This document shows positions 52,001 through 64,000 of a DNA stretch of 64,000 nt, piece by piece. Source of the stretch: Amoebophrya sp. A120 (Eukaryota > Protista > Dinoflagellata); NCBI GenBank assembly GCA_905178155.1, contig CAJINV010000023.1:594806-658805 (forward strand). The letters are read 5' to 3'. The translations under genes were made by a program, and so were the position numbers. Below the pieces are notes generated by a model. It did not search any database, was not told the DNA's origin, and worked only from the letters and a program-made list of their open reading frames with translations. Position 1 is the stretch's first letter. Every line of letters starts with the position of its first letter.

Positions 52001-55000
52001 ACGCTGTCCGCCCCGATGCCGAACACCCTCCCCCCACTAGCGTTTCGCGCACTAAGCCACTACGCGCGCGCCTGGTGTGAGGCGAGGGGCGGACGCTGTC
52101 CGCCCCGATGCCGAACACCCTTCCCCCACTAGCGCCACTAGGGACGAGCACAAGGCCCCAGCGTGGGGACCCTGTCCCCACGCTCGGGTGGGCCTTGTTT
52201 GTCATGCTAAATCTGAAGCATGCAAAAATCTGTGTTGCATGATTGGCAAAAGTCGTCCAGTTTTGAGCAAGTCGGGAGAAAGTTTCTCATGCAGGATAGG
52301 CATGAGAGAGATCGCACAGAATCTGTCATGCTAGGTCCTGCATTCCAGACCTCATGGGTCATGGAAAAGCTGCATGACAAATCGCGCATTCTTCCAGACC
52401 CAGACATTTTTACATTTGATAACGGAGCGAACATCGACGCCGCGGATGCGGTATGCATTGCAAATACGTCTGGGTCTGGAAGGTTCTGAGACTTGTCATG
52501 CGCGTTTTGCGTGCGCCATGATGTCTGTGATGCATGTGTGCCCTAGCATCACAGTTTTTTTGAGGGCTTCTTGATGCCTATTCCGCATGACATCAAATGC
52601 CCTCTCCGCGTAGAAGTTGTAGCAGAAATTACATTTTTCCCTTTGCTGCTCATGCAATACAGATTTCTTTGGAATCCAACCGCAGCATCACAAGTAAGCT
52701 GCATTCTTCCAGGCCCAGACATATTTGCATTCGATATGCGGTCGTGCGGACGTCGCAGGGTCCGGTGCAGGAGTTTAAAAAGCATGTGTATCAAATGCAA
52801 ATATCCCTGGATGTCTAGAAGGTCACAACTTGTGATGCTGTCTGTGGATTCTAAGAAAATTTGTACTGCATGACCAGCAAGAGGGGTCCGGCTTGTCCTA
52901 CGTGAGAGGGCATTTCTCATGCGAAATAGGCAAGAGGGAGCCCTCCAAAAATCTGTGATGCTAGGCCATGCATGACAGGTATCATGGGTCATGCATAATA
53001 TACATGGCAAATCTAGAAATCTTCCAGACCCAGACATTTTTGCATTTGGTAATGTGGGGGCCAGGACCACGCTCGCTATCTTGTCAGACACGTTTTTCGA
53101 ACCTATCCGGAAGCTGCCACGAACGATATTCAAAGGAAAATAAATCCCCCCTCCCCATATCGAAAAGGAAATCTGTGATGCTGGATTTCCGTACACAAAT
53201 CAGATTTGTCTTGCAATAGAGGACCTCTGCAGGCATACGCGGACCCTGGGCAGCGAGGTTTTGACATACACATAGGCGCCTAGCATTTCAAATGTCCACA
53301 TTGTAGGCCCAGCAGCAACACAAACCGCCTGCATAGTGCGGCGTAGCCTGTGGGGTTGCCTTCTTGCAAGACAGAGACGATTTGTGGCCACAAATCAGCA
53401 TTGCAGATTTCCCACCTTGGCTTCCTTGCTTTTCGATATGGGGAGGGGGGATCATTTTTGCTTACGATAAACGATGCTCGATCACCTGTTGCAAGAAATC
53501 GCCGCAGCAGCGGCTCCGGAACCTGGACATATATCCTATGTGAAAACGTCCCCACACCGGAGTTGTGATGCAGATCTGCATGCCAAAAAAGTTTCTGATG
53601 CGGAGCCGCATGAGAAGCATTCTCTAGTGTAGTTTGGGCATTTGTCATGCTCTAATCAGCATTACAGGCTGGGTCTGTGATGCTGCTGAACAAGCTACAC
53701 AGGATTACTCTACGAGGCTAAACTTGTCATGTGCAACAACCAAGGCTGCCTGATTTGTCTAGCAGGTTTCCCATCTTGACTATGGGGTGGGGACATCTTT
53801 GCTCAGGATAGTTTCATCCAAGTCCCCGACCAAAAATCCTGTGGACGAGCTCGTGGAAAGGGGTGCGCCGGTTCCGAAGCGTTATCAGGCAGTATGTATC
53901 AAATGCAAATACGTCTGGGTCTGGATGGTTGGAACTTGTATGTAATGCTACTGCTAGCTTTCCATATTACCTAGAAAATCTGTATTGCATAACCAACAAA
54001 TGTCGCAACCTCTTTTGTACATGCAAAAACGCAGTTTCTCATGCGGATTGCCAATGAGCAGAAAGCGTTCAGGAAAGTTGTCATGCTGGGTTGCATTCGG
54101 AACTGTTTCGATCGTTCACATTTTAGCATCACAAGTTTCCAGACGCAGACATCTGTGCATTTGATAGTATGTGTGCAAGCACAAAAACGAACTCGACTTC
54201 TACATCTCGAACGTGTTCAGCGATCGTATCAAATGCAAAAGTGTCTGGGTCTGGAACAAAGCAACTTGTCACGCTAAATCTGAATCATGTAAAAATCTGT
54301 GTTGCATGATTGCCAAAAGCTGTCCACTTTTGACCTAATCGAGAGACAGTTTCTCATGCAGGATAGGCATGACAGAACTAACACAGAATCTGTCATGATG
54401 CTATGTCCTACATCCCAGACCTCATGGGTCATGGAAAACCTGCATGACAAGTCTGGCACTCTTCCAGACCCAGATACTTTTGCAGTTGATAGATCGCGAG
54501 GTTCTACAATGTGCGGCGACCTTTCGCCAGAACGAACCGAAAAGAGGAACGCGGATGATCACCTCCGGGCTAAAGTACATTGCTACGTATCAAAAGGAAA
54601 AATCCCCCCTTCCCATATCAAAACGAGGTTTGTGATGCTGGATTTGCGTACACAAATCAGACTTGTCTTGCTCGAGAGGACTGCAGGCGTATACTAAGCC
54701 TGAGTCGAAAGATTTCGGGCTAGGCGCTGAGCATGGAAAACCTGTAGTCTGCAGGGCCAACAGCATCACAAACCGCCTGCAGAATGCGGCGGAGCCTGTG
54801 GAGTTACGTTCCTGCAAGACAGAGACGAGTTGTGGCCACAAATCAGCATTGCAAATTGTCTGAGACGTGCCTTTTCATCGACATGGGGAGGGGGCAATTT
54901 TCATTGTAATACTACGCTGCTGCTCACTAAGGTCTGCTCCGAAGTGCACCTCTACGGCTTCCAGGATCACCCGGGGAAACCCGCCCTGTACCACTACTTT

Positions 55001-57604
55001 GACTGGGTACATTATCGCAACTCAAAAGTGTTTTACAGTTGCACATTGTCATGCAAGACTGGAAACAGAGACAACCTTCCTCATGCAGGAAATGCTTCGG
55101 AGCCTCGTTTCCTTCCTGTTTTCCGTTGTGATCTTCACATTACAAGTTTTCTCTGCCACACAGAGAAAATTTGTGATGCAGAAACTCCAACAAGTGTGTA
55201 ACTGTCACACTTTTTTCTCGGGATATACATAAAAAGCAGGTGGATGTTGGTACAACTGGCGTCACAACCAACAAGGTCGTGAACCACGATGGCAGAAATA
55301 AAGATGAAAATCAAATAAATGCGACCAGCGCGGTCTCGTTCCCCTCGCGGCCGCCCGGAGCAGAAAAAAAAAATGAGAAAGCGAAAGTGTATCACGGCGA
55401 GGAAAACAAGTCCGCCTATCCTGAGTAAAAACGTACCCACACCAGAGTTGTAATGCAGATTTGCAAAGACAGGAAGACTTGTAATGCGCATCCCCATGAG
55501 AGCCATCTCCAATTGTGTTTTGGAATTTGTGATGCTGTGAACAGGATGAGCAGATGAATCTGTGACGCGGCTGCACTTGCTAACCTGCACTACACTGCAT
55601 AGTGCAACTTGTCGTGCGTGACTCACAAAACTCCTAGGTTTGTGTTGCAAAATCCCCATCCTGACTCTGGTGTGGGTACGTTTTTACTCAGGATACCGCC
55701 GCGGATTACTTCGCGAATATGAAAAAACAAAAAAATTCGCACGACTTCGAGGTGGAGCACAGCTGGATGCAGCAGCGGTCGGATCTGCATATTACAGTGA
55801 AAAGTGCCCCCCACCCCTGAAATTGCAAAAATTTGTGGTGCGTAAGGTTTTCAAATGAAGAACTTTTTATCTACGCGTGAAAGGAGTATGAATCTTTCTG
55901 ATGCAGAGTCTGGGCGTGTATCGCATCGCTTGCATGACAAGCGCCGCTTTTGCTGTGGTCTTTTGCAATACAAATTTTTGCTATTCGCGATTGGAAACCT
56001 GTGATGCTGATAGATGCATTTCGTTTGGAATGGTTTGCAATACAAATGCTCCCAAGTTCGGGGGTGGGGGCATTTTTCATTGTAATACTGCACAAGGCTG
56101 CGCTAGTACAACTCCAGCCCGGGTCTATCAAGAGGAAAAATCCCCCATCCCCATATCAAAAAAAAAAATCAGAGAAAATTTGATTGATGCTGGATGATCT
56201 GCGTACACAAATAAGGTCTGTCTTGCTCTAAGGAATTGCGGGCAGATTCTGAGGCTGTTTAGGTGCGCAAGGGTCTAGCTGTTTAGCATGGGAAACGCCA
56301 GCCCCGTAGGCCAAGCAGCATGACAAACCGCATCCATAATGCGGCGCATCCCTCACCGCTTGCCTGTTTGCTAGACAAGAATGCTTTGTGACCACAAATC
56401 TGCATCACAGATTTCGCGACGGATGCCTTTTCAATATGGGGAGGGGGGATTTTTCTTCACAATAGGGTCTGCTGTGGCGCAGCAGGACGAGCCGCGAGTT
56501 ATCGAAAGGAAAAATCCCCCCTCCCCATATCGAAATGGAATTTCTGATGCTGGATTTGTGTACACAAATTTATTAGCTTTGTATTGCAGGAAGGCACTGC
56601 GACCAAATCCCCAGGCTACGCAGGGGCGTATGGGTCTAGTTGTTCAGCATTGCAAACGGCTCCCCTTTAGGCCGCCCAGCAGCGCGACAAATCGCTGCCA
56701 TAATGGGACGGAAGCTTCAGCCCTTGTCTTCTTGCAAAACAAATGGGATTTGTGGAACAAACACAACACAAAGTTTCGGAAACATACCGTTTGAATGTGG
56801 GGAGGGGGGATTTTTCCTTACGATAACACAGGTGACATCACCATCGGTCCGAATATCCAATAGAAGCTATCAAAAGGAAAAATCCCCCCTCCCCATATTG
56901 AAAACGTATCCATCTCCTGAAAATTTGTGATGCAGATTTGTGGCCACAAATCGTGTCTGTCTTGCAAAAAGGCAAGTCCAGGCTGCCCGGCACGTTATGC
57001 AGGCGATTTGTAATGCTGTAGGGCATACAGGGCAGCCGTCTACCATGCTAGGCACCTACACCACAAGGCCCCGACCTAGGCTTACGAGCTGCGTGCAGTG
57101 CTCTACTGCAACACTAATTTGATTTGTGTACTGGAATACAGCATCACAAAATTCGTTTTCGGTATGGGGTGGGGGCTTTTTTCACTTTGATAGAAGCCGC
57201 CGCTGCTTGGAGTCGTCGTCGTGTCTCGTCTTGCGTTATCAACTGCAAATATGTCTAGGTCTGGAAGATTGCAAGACTTGTCATGCAGGTTTTCCATCAC
57301 CCGTGAGGTCAGACATGCACGGCCTAGCATGACAGATTCTGTGAGATCTCTATGATGGTGCTTCTCCGGCGTGTGAAACTGCCACCACACTTGGCCAAAA
57401 GTAGACAACTTTTGGCAATCACGCAAGACAAATTTTAGCAAGATCCGGACTTTGCATGAGACAAGTTGCAATGGTGTTCCAGACCCCGACGCAGACATAT
57501 TTGCAATGCATATGCGTCCGAGTGACTTCTCCGGTTGTCCGGATCGCGTGACCGAGAGCCCTCTGCGCTTGAATGCGGTCGCTACCTGCGACGCGATGTT
57601 GTAA
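49011..57604 (+). CDS. Glycosyltransferase family 29 (sialyltransferase-like) type II membrane protein, split by ~20 introners
   Basis: Spliced frame has an N-terminal TM (IPWLLLGTTLGLFCAAYL) and a Ser/Pro/Thr stem. Sialylmotif L: CSVVSAAGSVLLFEDGANIDAADAVVRTSQGPVQEFKKHVGARTT. Motif S: ITSGLKYIATLLLTKVCSEVHLYGF. Motif III: YHYFD. Motif VS: HDFEVEH. Ends ...ATCDAML* (TAA 57602-57604). Start codon is inferred. Confidence 0.85.
51358..52198 (+). mobile_element. Helentron/HINE-like element, copy 2, nested in a family-A introner of the GT29 gene
   Basis: Same 5' end, 13-bp GACAGGTGACCTY array, ~92-bp repeats and terminal hairpin as 18828-19276, plus ~400 bp of extra internal sequence (51560-51940). 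Confidence 0.65.
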
Positions 57605-58304
57605 AGTAAGAGAGACAGCTTGCTAAGCTGCTGCTGCACACAAACTTCTACTAGATATATTTATTACTTTCAAGATATCAAAGTGAGACATCTCCTCTAT
57701 TTCCCATATCAAAAACGAAACTTCCGATGCTAAAGATTTGCGTACATCACAAATGAGGTCTTTCTTGCTGTAAGGAGTTGCAGTCAGATAAAAATTATCG
57801 GCCCGCTTCGAGGCGTAAAAACACTGGCCTTGTGGCGATGTTGTTTGTAAAAGATTCAATTTGTTGTTTCATTGAAAGAACAATTTCAGTTTCGAACCGC
57901 CGCAACTTAAAAATCAAAAACTTGTTCTTGCGGCGTGCTGAAAGGAGCTCGTCGCGGTAGGCGACAGATAAACCGAGCCCGCTCCGAATGCTCTCGGAGG
58001 TTCTTGGTCCAACTTTTTCATGATGGCAAAAAAGAAGAAAAGAAAACGCAAAAAAACCATAAATTGAAAAGAGGTGCAGAAGTCTCGTGGTGTTTACCGT
58101 TCTGGCATGGGTTGTTCGTGCAGCTTTTGAAGATCCTTCTTCTGATGCGATTCCAAGACCCCGCGCCTAGCAGATCTTTTCCCTCTTGACTACGCGGTCC
58201 TTGTGGAGACGTTTTAGTACTCAGGATATACGTGAAGTAGACTCTTTTCGTTTGTAATTTCGGAGCAACTTTTTGAATTTATTCCCCCACACGAGAAAGG
58301 AAAA

Positions 58305-62835
<4,531 letters not shown>

Positions 62836-63514
62836 GCGGGCGAGGTATCGTGAGAAAAAAATGCATACAGTTACACACATAGTCTATGCAGGCCAAACAA
62901 GACGAAGACAGAGAAGCCCTGTCATGCATTACAAGTTTTCTCTCTTATCTGCATTACAAGTTTTCATCTGCATTACAAGTTTTCTCTCTTATGCAGACAA
63001 ATTTGTGTTGCTCAATCGGCTACAAATGTGTAACTGTAACACTTTTTTCCTGGTATACGAGGAGGAGGAGGTCGTACTTGGTCTTGATATCAAAAGAAAA
63101 AATCCCCCCACCCCATATCGAAATGGAAATCTGTGATGCGGGATTTGTGTACACACATCGGCTTTGTCTTGCAGTAGAGGACTGCAGACAGATACAAAAC
63201 CGGACTGAGGGCGTTTTGGTGCCGGCGCCTAGCAAGGTAGGGACATTCTCTGTAGGCCAGACAGCATTACAAATTGCCTGGAGAACGCGGCGGGGCTTTT
63301 TTATTTGTCTTCTTGCAATACAGAGACGATTTGTGACCTCAAATCAGCATCACAAATTTTGATGAGTATCCCGCTCTGGTATGGGGAGGGGGGATTTTTC
63401 CTCACAATAAGTAGGTGTTGATGTTCTATCTTTCTGCGGCTGAGTACTGGTTGTATAGTCTACTTTTTCAAATATTATATAATTTGTGATGTGCACCTCC
63501 TGCACGAGGGTAGA

Positions 63515-63605
63515 CACGAACAGGTGGCGCGGGGGCTCAAACCACGAACAGGTGGCTCGGCTCAAACCACAAACAGGTGGCGTGGCTCAAACCACGAACA
63601 GGTGA
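63515..63605 (+). repeat. Short tandem repeat (~25-bp unit, ACGAACAGGTGGC..GGCTCAAACC, ~4 copies) inside a family-B-like element
   Basis: Tandem units are directly visible in the sequence. Confidence 0.7.
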
Positions 63606-64000
63606 TTTGTGGTCACAAATCAACATGCTACAAAATAAATCCCCGTTTTGATTATATGGGGAGGGGGGATTTTTCATTTTGATACTATGTCCACTTTAAT
63701 ATTCTTTAGACGTACTATTATACAACTCTTCTAGAGATAATAAAAGTGCAGTTTTGATAATTATTGTTGTGCAACTTTTTGAGAAAAACCTTTGTCGCAG
63801 ATGAAAGTGACGCTGTGAGACCTAGAAATCAATGGACTCCGCTCGGGCAGGGTCGTTTAAGGTTTCCCGGGAAACCTTCGGTTTAGCTCGTGCCAAAGTG
63901 TGTTGCAATGCAACCGAAAACGCGGCGCGCGCATGGACTCCGCTGCTGTTTGTGTGCACAACCGCGCCGCGTCTGTGTTGGCGTCTCGTGTGCCCAAATC

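Overview
This is eukaryotic genomic DNA, not prokaryotic. By eye, well over 100 short elements (about 150-335 bp) occupy most of the window. They belong to at least 7-8 families, each bounded by TAT...ATA terminal inverted repeats (TIRs) and a 4-5 nt direct repeat. They sit inside protein-coding sequence: deleting each element plus one 5-nt flank restores long open reading frames, although most junctions are not GT-AG. This matches the non-canonical inverted-repeat 'introners' described in the parasitic dinoflagellate Amoebophrya; the host identity is my inference. Manual splicing recovers a GT61 glycosyltransferase (26 introners), a giant PAN/F5-8-like/LamG-like surface protein, a GT29 sialyltransferase-like gene (about 20 introners) directly next to a bacterial-type PseB/FlaA1 UDP-GlcNAc 4,6-dehydratase (12 introners), and alpha/beta-hydrolase fragments. 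Other observations: back-to-back introners with no exon between them, insertion in either orientation, a TTGTNATGC motif shared by all families, three kinds of element nested inside introners, and an introner-poor island (40.6-46.2 kb) where unrelated blocks are separated by two exact 46-bp repeats, three copies each. Nearly all ORFs in the supplied six-frame track are artefacts of the repeats.
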